Shown: piece by piece, positions 31,352 to 40,461 of the stretch | How the letters are laid out: each line of letters starts with the position of its first letter | How positions within the stretch are numbered: the stretch's first letter is position 1 | Assembly (NCBI GenBank): GCA_963719035.1 | Contig: CAVRAO010000002.1 | Span: 128,001-192,000, forward strand | Length of the DNA stretch: 64,000 bases | From: Methanobacteriota archaeon | GTDB lineage: Archaea > Halobacteriota > Bog-38 > Methanoflorentales > Methanoflorentaceae | Reading direction: 5' to 3' | Program-made: the position numbers and the translations under genes | Notes under the pieces: generated by a model | The model's input: the letters and a program-made list of their open reading frames with translations, nothing else | What the model was told of the DNA's origin: nothing | The model's database searches: none

Positions 31352-31426
31352 GACAATCAGGGGATGTGCCTGAGCTTAATTGGCAATTTGGAGACTATTG
31401 TCAGGTATATCCTTAGCTTTCGGGAA
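31352..31426 (+). repeat. Hairpin-forming dispersed repeat, copy 2
   Basis: GGGATGTGCCTGA pairs with TCAGGTATATCCT (13 bp including G-U). Confidence 0.8.
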
Positions 31427-31734
31427 GCAAAACATAGGGTCGTAATGCGCTGCAGTAATATGAGGGTTGATCAAATGCCAATTGACATCAGTTGAGCCCA
31501 TCACGCGGAAACCCACACTTTTACCGCAGCCCCTTACGCCTGCTTTGTATCTCTCAATTCTTAAAATGTAAATTTAAGGAGCAAAGAGCTGACGCTATTT
31601 GATAAAATAACGCTTTAAAGGCAATGTTCTCTTATTAACTACAGGTGTGTGCTGGACGGTAGCTGGACAGTATAAACTACATACCATCCACACGTGCTTT
31701 TTGATAGAAAAAAGAAAAGGGGGCAAAGCCCCTA

Positions 31735-32250
31735 CTATGCCTTCACTACGACGGTGTGCGCTGCGCGGTCTCCAGTCCGCTGTCTCTTATCTGACGTCCA
31801 AATAAGAATTGCACCGAGCAAGAACGGAATAATGAACGGTATTGCGTCGATGATCAGCAGTAAGGAACGCACGAGTGCATCGACATAGCCAATCTTTGAA
31901 CCATCCTCTTTGACCACTTTAATCTTAAGGGCCATCATGCCTACCGTCTGTCCATACGCTCCCAAGAGGAGCGTGAAATAGATGAGCACGATGAGTGATG
32001 ATATGACGCTGCCAAGTCCTGCGAGCGAATTCGCTGTGGTGGATACGTAAAAGCTTCCATTAGTAAAATTCGCGCTATTAAAGACGGGCGTTTGCAACGG
32101 ATTGGCGAAAACTGACGCAATAATGCCCGCAATAATGACATCGATAAGAAGAGCTACGAATCTGACACCGACGCTACGGTACTGCAGCGGTGCTGGAGTC
32201 ATTTCTGGAGCTGCGGCCATTTCAGGCGTTGGGGTCATTTCATTTGCCAT
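31735..32250 (-). CDS. RDD-family membrane protein
   Basis: RFVALLID, GQTVGM....IKVV, RQRTGDRAAHTVVV. Confidence 0.92.
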   Translation of the reverse strand: MANEMTPTPEMAAAPEMTPAPLQYRSVGVRFVALLIDVIIAGIIASVFANPLQTPVFNSANFTNGSFYVSTTANSLAGLGSVISSLIVLIYFTLLLGAYGQTVGMMALKIKVVKEDGSKIGYVDALVRSLLLIIDAIPFIIPFLLGAILIWTSDKRQRTGDRAAHTVVVKA

Positions 32251-32418
32251 TCGTTCACCTCCTTGTGGCTTTGTTGCCTAATTGTGTGTTTGGTAGGTAA
32301 AAACCTATGGATGGGATACGGTACCTGAACGAGTGTCCGTTCTTTTCAAATTTTGATAACGAAGAGAAGGGCACCGCGGAGCTAGGCTTTGCGACTATCT
32401 GTGCCCCCTTGCCTTTCG

Positions 32419-32469
32419 ATAATCGTACCTAGCACCAGGCGCTTACGTAGGGGGCTAAAATACGAGTGA
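32419..32469 (-). repeat. 51-bp dispersed repeat, copy 2
   Basis: Reverse complement of 23655-23705. Confidence 0.85.
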
Positions 32470-32610
32470 CGTAGTCCTTTTTCCTACCCAACATTCACAG
32501 CGCTTCTGAAGCACGAAACGAGCTCATCGAGTGCCTGCGCATCCCCAGGCTAGCTTTATGCTCGAGAAGTACTGTAAGAAACAGGTTACGGAAGCTGAGG
32601 AACATATGAA

Positions 32611-33114
32611 ATGAGTATCCTTGTAAATGTAACAATAAGCATAATTGTTCTGGTAGTAGCATACATCATAGCTTCTCTTTACTATCCTATGCTGGCAGGA
32701 GGCGCAGCATATGGTCGTACTCCGAGGAAGATTGTAGCTGAGGCTCTTAAACTGGCAGACCTTAAAAAAGATGAAGTCTTCTACGACCTTGGATGTGGGA
32801 CAGGAGAAGCCCTTATAGAAGCCTCAAAGTTATGCGATCATGTGAAGGGAGTTAAGATAGGGCCTATTCGATGGTTTATAGCCAAGCTTAGAGCAAGAAA
32901 AGCCAAAGTCATTCTAGGAAACCTTTTCAAGCAAGACATTTCTGACGCTGATGTTATATTCATATTCCAGTACCAAGGAAGGATAAACAACAGAATCGTG
33001 ATGAAAATAAAGGCTGAAACACGAAGCGAAACAAGGATCATAAGTTATTTGCACCCAATAGAAGATATGAAGTTCGTCAAAAGCCAAAACGAGATTTTCA
33101 TTTACAAGACATGA
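32611..33114 (+). CDS. Membrane-anchored class I SAM-dependent methyltransferase
   Basis: FYDLGCGTG, ISDADVIF; N-terminal TM helix. Confidence 0.88.
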   Translation: MSILVNVTISIIVLVVAYIIASLYYPMLAGGAAYGRTPRKIVAEALKLADLKKDEVFYDLGCGTGEALIEASKLCDHVKGVKIGPIRWFIAKLRARKAKVILGNLFKQDISDADVIFIFQYQGRINNRIVMKIKAETRSETRIISYLHPIEDMKFVKSQNEIFIYKT

Positions 33115-33192
33115 AAGGATCTGTCAACTCTTTAACAAGGCGTCTGCTGCCACCGGAGGGCATCTGTTGTTTCTGCTACGGTAGGGGCGTTG

Positions 33193-33214
33193 GTCGTAGC
33201 CTGTATTAGGCTCC
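33193..33214 (+). repeat. att-like site GTCGTAGCC-TGTATTA-GGCTCC
   Basis: 14/15 arm match; spacer identical to the 24502 site (inverted); degenerate second copy at 33257-33277. Confidence 0.78.
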
Positions 33215-33389
33215 GGTTGCTGTGTTGAATTAGTTCGTCAGAGCGTTCAGAAATAGGTCGGAGCTCAATAGGCCTCCACTGACGTGGAATTTTGCAAATA
33301 GTCTGAAAGAAAAAACATAATGTAAACTAAATTACGAGATTATTCTGATGCACAAAAAAATGAAAGAAAATACATTAAATTGTGGTAAA

Positions 33390-34143
33390 ATGCAAGAAAC
33401 AGACCTCTATCTTACCATATTCCAACGGAAGTCCGTTAGAAAGTACGATTTAGACCCCTTCGATGAAGATACATTAAAGGAGCTCAGAGAGCATCTTCAA
33501 ACTTTAAAACCGTTGCATAAGGACATTAAAATTGAATTTAAGATTTTATCTCCCGATGCTGTTATAAGAAGGACGATGAGAAAAGCACCGCACTATATAG
33601 CTGTTTTTGCAGAGGTAAAAGAGGGGTATCTAAGCAACATAGGGTTCATGCTACAGCAGATGGATCTATTATTTTCTGCTAACGGATTGGGTAGTTGCTG
33701 GCAGGGGATCCCTACTCTCAAAAAAGAAGGTTTGGCAAGTTCACGTCTGAAATTTATCATGTTAATGTACCTTTGGAAAGCCCCAGGAAACATTACACCG
33801 AACAAAAACTTCCCAATTCAAAAGAAAATCGCTCCAGGAAATAAGTGACATTAAAGGTGCAGATGATTTACTGGAAACAGCTCGTCTTGCTCCTTCTGCA
33901 CGTAATGCACAGGGGTGGTTTTTCACTGGTGATAAAGATTTAATTCATGCATATTACCGTAAACCAAGCTTCATTGCGGGACTTTTAACCAAAAAATATC
34001 CTCCCATGGATGTGGGAATCAGTCTTTATCACTTGAAACTTGGTGCAGAACATTTTGGCAAGGAAACTGAGGTTATATTTGATAATCCGGATGGCAATAC
34101 TCTCAATGATTATGAGTATGTTGCCAGTTTGCGCTTAACATAA
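33390..34143 (+). pseudogene. Nitroreductase-family protein, frameshift near 33770
   Basis: IFQRKSVRKY, GLGSCWQG, then FGKPQETLHR...ARLAPSARNAQGWFF in a shifted frame to TAA 34143. Confidence 0.8.
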
Positions 34144-34343
34144 TCAAATGCCCCATTTGTTCTCCGGTGGTTTCTACCAATCTTTCGGCTCCGGTCAATG
34201 TCTCGAATTTGGACGAAAAAACGTCCTGATGTGAGTCAGTCAGAGTCCCCACCAGGAAAGTAATTCTCACTGTAGTTTTCCGGCCGATTTTGAAGCGAAA
34301 ATCTCCGAATACGTTTTTCTAAGTTGAATACCGATAATCGTGC

Positions 34344-35054
34344 ATGGACCTGCCAGGGATCCTTTCCTGTAGAGTGGAGCGCCTGAAGTTCAAAGCGACC
34401 AACCTCGACCTCGGTCTGGCGCTCATCGCCACCTTCCTCCTGCCCATCGCCTGCTGGCTGCTGCTGGATTGGGGCGGAGCCCTCCTGCCTCTAATCCTGT
34501 ACTATGGGGTGTTCTGCGTGGCCATCGTGCTCTGGCGCAAGAAGAGCCTCGACTATGTTAGACCGGTCAGTTGGTCCTTCAAGCTCTTCATTGGGCTGTT
34601 GGCTCTCCAGATCTTCATCCAGACGATCGCCTACCTGACCATCATACCCGTCAACGATCCCTTGGAGGGGGTCCTGCTCACACTGCTCATCTGGGTCCCC
34701 ATCAACGCGGCCATGGAACAGCTGCTTTGGGTCTACATATTCGATGCCTTCGAGACGCGCTGGACGGAAAGGCGAAAGCGCTTCATAGGAGGGGTGATCG
34801 GGATGTTGATGGCGGTAATATTCGTAGGCCTTATACACGTCCTGTTCTGGAGTAAGTTCCTGCCTTCCTTCGAATCCATCACGCCTTGGTCTCAGATCTT
34901 CCTCATCGCCCAGTTCCTGATCACGCCCGGTTACCTGCTCCTTTACCGCAGGACCGGCTCGATGTGGCCGGTATTCGCCATCCACATCATCGCCGATGCG
35001 GTGCTAGTGTTGGGCGCGATGTATTCCATCTGGCCAGCCCTTTGGACCTTGTAA
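34344..35054 (+). CDS. CPBP/Abi-family intramembrane protease-like protein
   Basis: Multi-TM; NAAMEQLLW, GLIH, RTGSMWP.FAIHIIAD. Confidence 0.75.
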   Translation: MDLPGILSCRVERLKFKATNLDLGLALIATFLLPIACWLLLDWGGALLPLILYYGVFCVAIVLWRKKSLDYVRPVSWSFKLFIGLLALQIFIQTIAYLTIIPVNDPLEGVLLTLLIWVPINAAMEQLLWVYIFDAFETRWTERRKRFIGGVIGMLMAVIFVGLIHVLFWSKFLPSFESITPWSQIFLIAQFLITPGYLLLYRRTGSMWPVFAIHIIADAVLVLGAMYSIWPALWTL

Positions 35055-35564
35055 GGCGATCAGAAGATGGGGCTCTGGCGGAGCATGTCCATGTCGGTGA
35101 CGTAGCGAGCTGCCTCTCCACGATGAGGTCTTGCCTGCCCTTCAGCTGCAGCAGGACCGCCTGAGGAAGCTCTGGGATTCATTCTATAAGTTGCTTAAAT
35201 CTCACTTCTGCCCAATACTGCATATAAACATCATAGACGTTTTCAGGCAACGGATGTTTATAATGCTTCCAATCGATTCCACTCACTCCGTGCGTCATAA
35301 TATACGCTCGGTTTGAATGATCTCACTGAATACCGTCGCCATATTGTTCGTATCTTAGCGACTTTTAGCAGTTACAAAGCTTTATCGTAGTTCGTAGTGA
35401 TTTACTATGGCTGCTAAGCATGCCACAGCCGACACGGCATGCTGCGAGTTCATAAGCTATTCATTTTTGTGTAGGGCTTCCCTACGGGTGATCCCCGTAG
35501 CCTGTCGCGCTTGCGCTGAGGCGGGCATGCAATTCTCAAAAAGAGATAAGGAGGCGAAGCTAAG

Positions 35565-35918
35565 ATGGTGACATTTGTAGCGATTTCAAGGCATAACGCC
35601 GAAGTGTGTGCGTTCCACGAAGAGAAATCTGCAAAGACAATGATGGACTGGCTGAAGAAGGCTGGGGAGCTCGAAGCGAAACACGGAGTGAAAGTAGTTG
35701 CCGCTGCGAACGTGATTCAAGAGCATTTGTCAGTTCAGGTGCTCGAAGCTCCGACTTTTGAGGCGTTCCAAGCGTATTCAAAAGAACCGGAAATGATGGC
35801 CATGATGAATTGGAACATGATTGAAATCAAATCGGCAATGACGAACGAAGAAGTTGCCCAAATGATGCAGCAGATGATGAGGCCTGATGACCTGCATTTT
35901 TCTTTTTTAAGTCAATAA
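35565..35918 (+). CDS. DUF3303-like dimeric alpha/beta barrel protein
   Basis: H..E.C motif, GVKVV......EH....VLEAP..EA; GGAGG RBS. Confidence 0.65.
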   Translation: MVTFVAISRHNAEVCAFHEEKSAKTMMDWLKKAGELEAKHGVKVVAAANVIQEHLSVQVLEAPTFEAFQAYSKEPEMMAMMNWNMIEIKSAMTNEEVAQMMQQMMRPDDLHFSFLSQ

Positions 35919-36067
35919 GAAACGGCGTTCACTACCACCGCCGCACCAACATCAAGAGAGCGAGCAAATAGATTGGAATCCATTGCTACCCCCCAAAATC
36001 TATGATGAGCGGCAGTGGATAAACATCAAGTCAAGAAAGTACACGCCCTATTTCTGGCCCAAAAAAT

Positions 36068-36550
36068 TTAATCTGCGTTCTTCGCGCCTACTATCTTCAC
36101 CTCTTTCCCCGGCCGGTCCATAGCGCCAGTCTTCACTTTGCCCATCTTCTCCACCACATCCATCCCCTCAACAACTTTGCCGAAGACCGGATGAGCTTTG
36201 TCCAGGTAGTTGTTGTTTACCAGGTTGATGAAGAACTGGCTGCCGCCCGTGTTCGGACCGGCGTTGGCCATGGCAATGGTCCCCCGATCGTTGCGGTTGT
36301 GATCAGTGAACTCATCCTTGATAGCGTAACCCGGTCCACCCCGGCCAGTGCCCGTGGGGTCCCCGCCCTGGATCATGAAGCCGTCGATGATGCGGTGGAA
36401 GACGGTGCCGTCGTAGAATCCCTTCTCCACCAGCTTTCGGAAGTTGCCCGCGGTAATGGGCATATCATCAAAAAGCTCCAGGGTGATGTCCCCCATGCTG
36501 GTGTTCAATAATATCTTGGTCCTGCCTGTATGCGAAGTACTTTCTGCCAT
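36068..36550 (-). CDS. Cyclophilin-type peptidyl-prolyl isomerase
   Basis: FYDGTVFHRIIDGFMIQGGDPTGTG, AMANAGPNTGGSQFFI. Confidence 0.95.
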   Translation of the reverse strand: MAESTSHTGRTKILLNTSMGDITLELFDDMPITAGNFRKLVEKGFYDGTVFHRIIDGFMIQGGDPTGTGRGGPGYAIKDEFTDHNRNDRGTIAMANAGPNTGGSQFFINLVNNNYLDKAHPVFGKVVEGMDVVEKMGKVKTGAMDRPGKEVKIVGAKNAD

Positions 36551-36721
36551 GTCCTCATCCCTCAATGATGTATCTTGGATTCTCTATTTCTGGTTGATGC
36601 ATCGTCATTCGGATTGTCTATATAAAAAACTAAGGGACGACTGCAGGATAGAATACAAGCCTTTAAGCTATTGCATTATAGTAATGTCTAGCATTACAAT
36701 ATTGTAAAGGCTGGTAAAACT

Positions 36722-36826
36722 ATGGTCACTGTTGAAGATAAAACAACTATTACTGTCTCTAAGGACACAAAAGAATGGTTAATAATGCTCAAGCTCGACA
36801 TACAAGCAGCCAAGTATTTCAAATAG
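36722..36826 (+). CDS. Short RHH-like protein or fragment
   Basis: MVTVEDKTTITVSKDTKEWLIMLK resembles the beta-strand/helix start of archaeal RHH antitoxins. Confidence 0.4.
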   Translation: MVTVEDKTTITVSKDTKEWLIMLKLDIQAAKYFK

Positions 36827-36888
36827 ACATCAAGCATGCGCTCTGGCAGCGGATTCTGGCATTACTTCTCAGACTCTTAACGCCCTCA

Positions 36889-36910
36889 GTCGCAGCCTAA
36901 AGGAGGCTTC
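36889..36910 (+). repeat. att-like site GTCGCAGCC-TAAAGGA-GGCTTC
   Basis: 13/15 arm match, 7-nt spacer, intergenic. Confidence 0.65.
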
Positions 36911-36991
36911 TGCTGTCACTAGGTCAACTTAGGTTGCCTAGGTAAAAGAATAAAAAAACCGGCTTTGTGACCGGTGTCAAGGATTTTCTGT

Positions 36992-37447
36992 CTACCAGAC
37001 TTCGGGGAAGGACATTTCCGTGTAAAGATCCTCGAGCCGGGCTTTATGGCCCCTCTCCATACTTGCCAGCTGGGAGAAGAGGAGCTCCTGTTCGGCATCG
37101 ATGGAAAGCGTGGCAAGCTGCGTGTACATCTGCATTGCCTGCAGTTCTTTCTTTATCGCGATCACGAGACCTTCGAGCGGTTTTAAGTCATCAGTCAGTT
37201 TCGGAGTTGGCAGGTTGTCGCCGACCTTGTAGTCTTTCGTTGCCGTGAAGTTGAGGTTGGCGGTGTCCTTCGTGAGGACGTTCTCGAGGAACTCCCGGTG
37301 TTTCTTCTCTTCACCTGCAAGTTCTTCAAAAAGTTTCTTTAGCGCCGAGTCATGTGCCCTTTCGGAGACGCCCTTATAGTATGAATAGGCCTCTACTTCG
37401 CCGTCGATTGCGTCGGAAATTATCTTCTTTGCTCCTTCTGCATCCAT
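36992..37447 (-). CDS. Rubrerythrin/ferritin-like diiron protein
   Basis: AI..E.EAY.YY, LAGEEKKH, AIKKE..A..MY, LASMERGH. Confidence 0.9.
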   Translation of the reverse strand: MDAEGAKKIISDAIDGEVEAYSYYKGVSERAHDSALKKLFEELAGEEKKHREFLENVLTKDTANLNFTATKDYKVGDNLPTPKLTDDLKPLEGLVIAIKKELQAMQMYTQLATLSIDAEQELLFSQLASMERGHKARLEDLYTEMSFPEVW

Positions 37448-37669
37448 GGTTATAACATCCCTCTATTTTTTTTAACGCTTTTTAGTATTGCCGATTACCG
37501 TATTTAAGTCCATTGACTGGTCAGGAAATGAGTTGCCACGCCAGCGAGCATTAGAAGCAACTGCCGAAATATTTAGGCTGAGAGTAGGAGGAGTTAATAA
37601 TAAAAAATATAATATCTGAGCAAAATACGGCTCTAGTCAAAAACGATTAGCAATTAACCGCAGTTATGC

Positions 37670-37942
37670 TTAGATCATCATAAATTCCGAATAGGTATTG
37701 TCTCGGTCTTGGCACGCCGCTTTAACATCCTTAACGATTGCCATTCGCGGTCCTTCTCGCAACTTTTCGATGAAAGATGCGAGATCGGCTTCATCGCCTG
37801 ATGCTATAACCTTCACTGAGCCATCAGCTTGGTTTTGTACAAAGCCGGTAATGTGGAAATGGTCAGCATATCTTTTGGTAAATAGACGGTAACCCACTGC
37901 TTGCACATAGCCTAACACTAAAATTTCTACAGTTTTGTGCAT
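37670..37942 (-). CDS. acyP: Acylphosphatase
   Basis: G.VQAVGYR, GFVQNQADGSV. Confidence 0.9.
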   Translation of the reverse strand: MHKTVEILVLGYVQAVGYRLFTKRYADHFHITGFVQNQADGSVKVIASGDEADLASFIEKLREGPRMAIVKDVKAACQDRDNTYSEFMMI

Positions 37943-38011
37943 ATAAACAGATAAATAAGCAATTTAATTAATGCTTTGCTCAATAGTGACCTACACTAGT
38001 GAGGCTTCAAG

Positions 38012-38698
38012 ATGTCACGAGCCGTTGTTTTGTTGTCAGCAGGCTTAGATTCTGTTGTATCGTTCAAGATAGCCCATGACACGTTTGATGAAATCATGTG
38101 TTTGACGTTTGATTACGTGCAGAAAGCGCTCCGTATAGAAATCGAATACGCTGCCAAAATTTGCGCGATGTACCGGGTCAACCATCAGATCATTAAACTA
38201 CCGTGGTACGCGAGTTTTGTCGGTGCTCTTACTAATCAAACTACACCTCCACGCGTGAGCGCCTATGCGCTAAACGATCTTGCGGTGATGCGTGAAACAG
38301 CAAGGGCGGTTTGGGTACCTGCACGCAACGCAGTCTTCCTTTCTATAGCAGCTGCTTTTTGCGAGAATTATGGTTTTAACACTGTTGTCGTCGGATTTAA
38401 CAAAGAAGAGGCAATGACCTTCCCCGATAACTCAACCGATTTTGTAGCTTCCTTCAACGAAGCATTAAAATATGCGACCCTAGATAAAGTCGAGGTGTTT
38501 GCGCCACTCATAGAATACGACAAAACTGAGATCGCCGCACTAGGATTGCGCATCGGAGCGCCCCTTGAATGGTCGTGGTCTTGCTACGCTGCTGAGGGCG
38601 CCCCATGTGGCATTTGCGAATCGTGTCTTCGCAGACGGCGAGCATTCCAGGCGATTTGCAAGGATGACCCTTTGTTAAAAAGGCTAAGAAGCCGGTGA
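38012..38698 (+). CDS. queC: 7-cyano-7-deazaguanine synthase
   Basis: LLSAGLDS, VWVPARN, FPDNS, SCY....PCGICESC. Confidence 0.93.
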   Translation: MSRAVVLLSAGLDSVVSFKIAHDTFDEIMCLTFDYVQKALRIEIEYAAKICAMYRVNHQIIKLPWYASFVGALTNQTTPPRVSAYALNDLAVMRETARAVWVPARNAVFLSIAAAFCENYGFNTVVVGFNKEEAMTFPDNSTDFVASFNEALKYATLDKVEVFAPLIEYDKTEIAALGLRIGAPLEWSWSCYAAEGAPCGICESCLRRRRAFQAICKDDPLLKRLRSR

Positions 38699-38711
38699 TC
38701 AGAACCGAAAA

Positions 38712-39452
38712 ATGGCTGCTAAAGCAAACGTTAACGAAGTATTTAACTCTATACAAGGGGAAGGGCCCTACGCAGGAACCCGCCAAGTTTTTGTTAGATT
38801 TCAGGGATGCCCACTAAGTTGCGTCTACTGCGATTCAACGAGTGCGAAGCCCTTTCAAAGCCCCAATGAAGTTATATGTAATTCTACGCGTGCGTTTCGT
38901 AACCCAGTTTCAACAAAGGATCTCGCTGGACTCGTCGAAAGCCTGTGGACTCCTTCAACGCAACATTTAAGCCTGACAGGCGGTGAACCGTTGTTGTATG
39001 CCAAGTTCATCGTAGAACTTGCACAAGCAATCTGCGTACCGCTGTACCTTGAGACTAATGCGATGTTTTCACGCGACGCCCAACAGCTCAAGAACGTGGT
39101 GCATATTGTTGCGTGTGACATCAAGCTGCCAGAGCATAGGGCCACTGCCACGTACGATTTGTTGCTAAATGAGGAGCTGCGCACCGTTAAATGTTTTAGC
39201 GACTCTCCAGCTTACGTTTTTGCTAAAGTGGTGGTGCTTAAGGAGACGTCGAGCGAAATGATTGAGCTCGTGGCTCAACGCCTCGCGACAATTGACAACA
39301 ATCTACTGCTTGTGCTCCAGCCCGTCACGCCTATTTCCCAAACTGCCCAACCAGATAACAGTCAGCTCTTGCGGCTCATGGATAGTGCTGCTGCGCATTT
39401 AAGTCAGGTAAGGGTCATACCGCAGATGCATGTGCAGTTAGGGATTGCGTGA
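38712..39452 (+). CDS. queE: 7-carboxy-7-deazaguanine synthase (radical SAM)
   Basis: EVFNSIQGEG, CPLSCVYCD, LTGGEP, RVIPQMH. Confidence 0.93.
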   Translation: MAAKANVNEVFNSIQGEGPYAGTRQVFVRFQGCPLSCVYCDSTSAKPFQSPNEVICNSTRAFRNPVSTKDLAGLVESLWTPSTQHLSLTGGEPLLYAKFIVELAQAICVPLYLETNAMFSRDAQQLKNVVHIVACDIKLPEHRATATYDLLLNEELRTVKCFSDSPAYVFAKVVVLKETSSEMIELVAQRLATIDNNLLLVLQPVTPISQTAQPDNSQLLRLMDSAAAHLSQVRVIPQMHVQLGIA

Positions 39453-40461
39453 ATGCATGAGTGGTTACAGCAGAGATTATTGGGATTATCCGCGCGAAAT
39501 AAACGGCGCTAATGGGGAGTCGCCCACACTTGAGTTTGCTACTGCGGTACGCGCTCTAGATCGACTTAGCGAAAAAGTGAGACGTTTTTATCAATCGGGG
39601 GACTTTGAAGAAGTCGTTCTAAACGCGCACCAGATCAAAGAATTGTACCAGCTGTGCCTACGAGATGAATACAGAAGGCAAGGACGCAATACGTTCCGCC
39701 CAGAATTACGTGCGCATATTGAAAGGAATTTAGATTCGTTGGACTACTGGTGGGAAGCAGGTGTTGTCGCTTTTCAGAAGATAAAGATTGGCCCCGAAAT
39801 TGCTAAGACGGCCTTGACGCTCTCAGAGGAGATGCGTGATTATCTGATGAGTTACGGCGGATACCGCGGCGACGATATGCTACGTGCATCACAGGCCACT
39901 AGCAATCGCGCATCATATGAAGCCCAATTAAGAAAAAAAACAGTCGTTCCGCTTTCTTCCTATCCAGTCAGCAAAGGTGGATTGAAAATCGAGGATGAGG
40001 GGCTTTTATATCTAGGTAGACCGAGTATCGTAGGTTGTACGCTGGCGTACAAGTGGATTTTGCTGCTCGTGGTAGCCCTTCTCTTTGGGTCTTTTTTTGT
40101 GAACAGCATTCCTGAAATCAGTTTGATCGCGGCGCTTTTTAGGGGGCTATCAGTCTTGCTTTTTCTCTTTGTTGTTGGAAGAACCGGCATAGCTGTTTAT
40201 TCAGAACGATATGCAATTACAGATCAAGACGTATACATTGAAAAAGGCCTGTTTTTCAAGAGCACTGCGACAATACCACTAATTCGAATCGCGGCTCAAA
40301 TGATACAACAGAGCTTTTTAGGTAAGCTTTTAAAGACGGGAAATCTTATCATTAAGACACACAGTGGACACGTAATGGCATTCAAAGGGATCTATGATCC
40401 TGGAGAGGTATTTGAACTAGTGGCCGAGCTGCGCAAAAGCAACGCGGTTCATCAAGACTGA
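39445..40461 (+). CDS. Membrane protein with C-terminal bacterial PH domain
   Basis: Two TM helices then Y.ITD..VYIEKGLF...QSFLGKLL..GNL.I.T. Confidence 0.75.
   Translation: MRECMSGYSRDYWDYPREINGANGESPTLEFATAVRALDRLSEKVRRFYQSGDFEEVVLNAHQIKELYQLCLRDEYRRQGRNTFRPELRAHIERNLDSLDYWWEAGVVAFQKIKIGPEIAKTALTLSEEMRDYLMSYGGYRGDDMLRASQATSNRASYEAQLRKKTVVPLSSYPVSKGGLKIEDEGLLYLGRPSIVGCTLAYKWILLLVVALLFGSFFVNSIPEISLIAALFRGLSVLLFLFVVGRTGIAVYSERYAITDQDVYIEKGLFFKSTATIPLIRIAAQMIQQSFLGKLLKTGNLIIKTHSGHVMAFKGIYDPGEVFELVAELRKSNAVHQD

Noticed and set aside
19588-37500. CRISPR array or canonical integron attC array
   Set aside because: No regularly spaced identical repeats, no cas genes, no RYYYAAC...GTTRRRY hairpins seen, and the integrase does not look like IntI.
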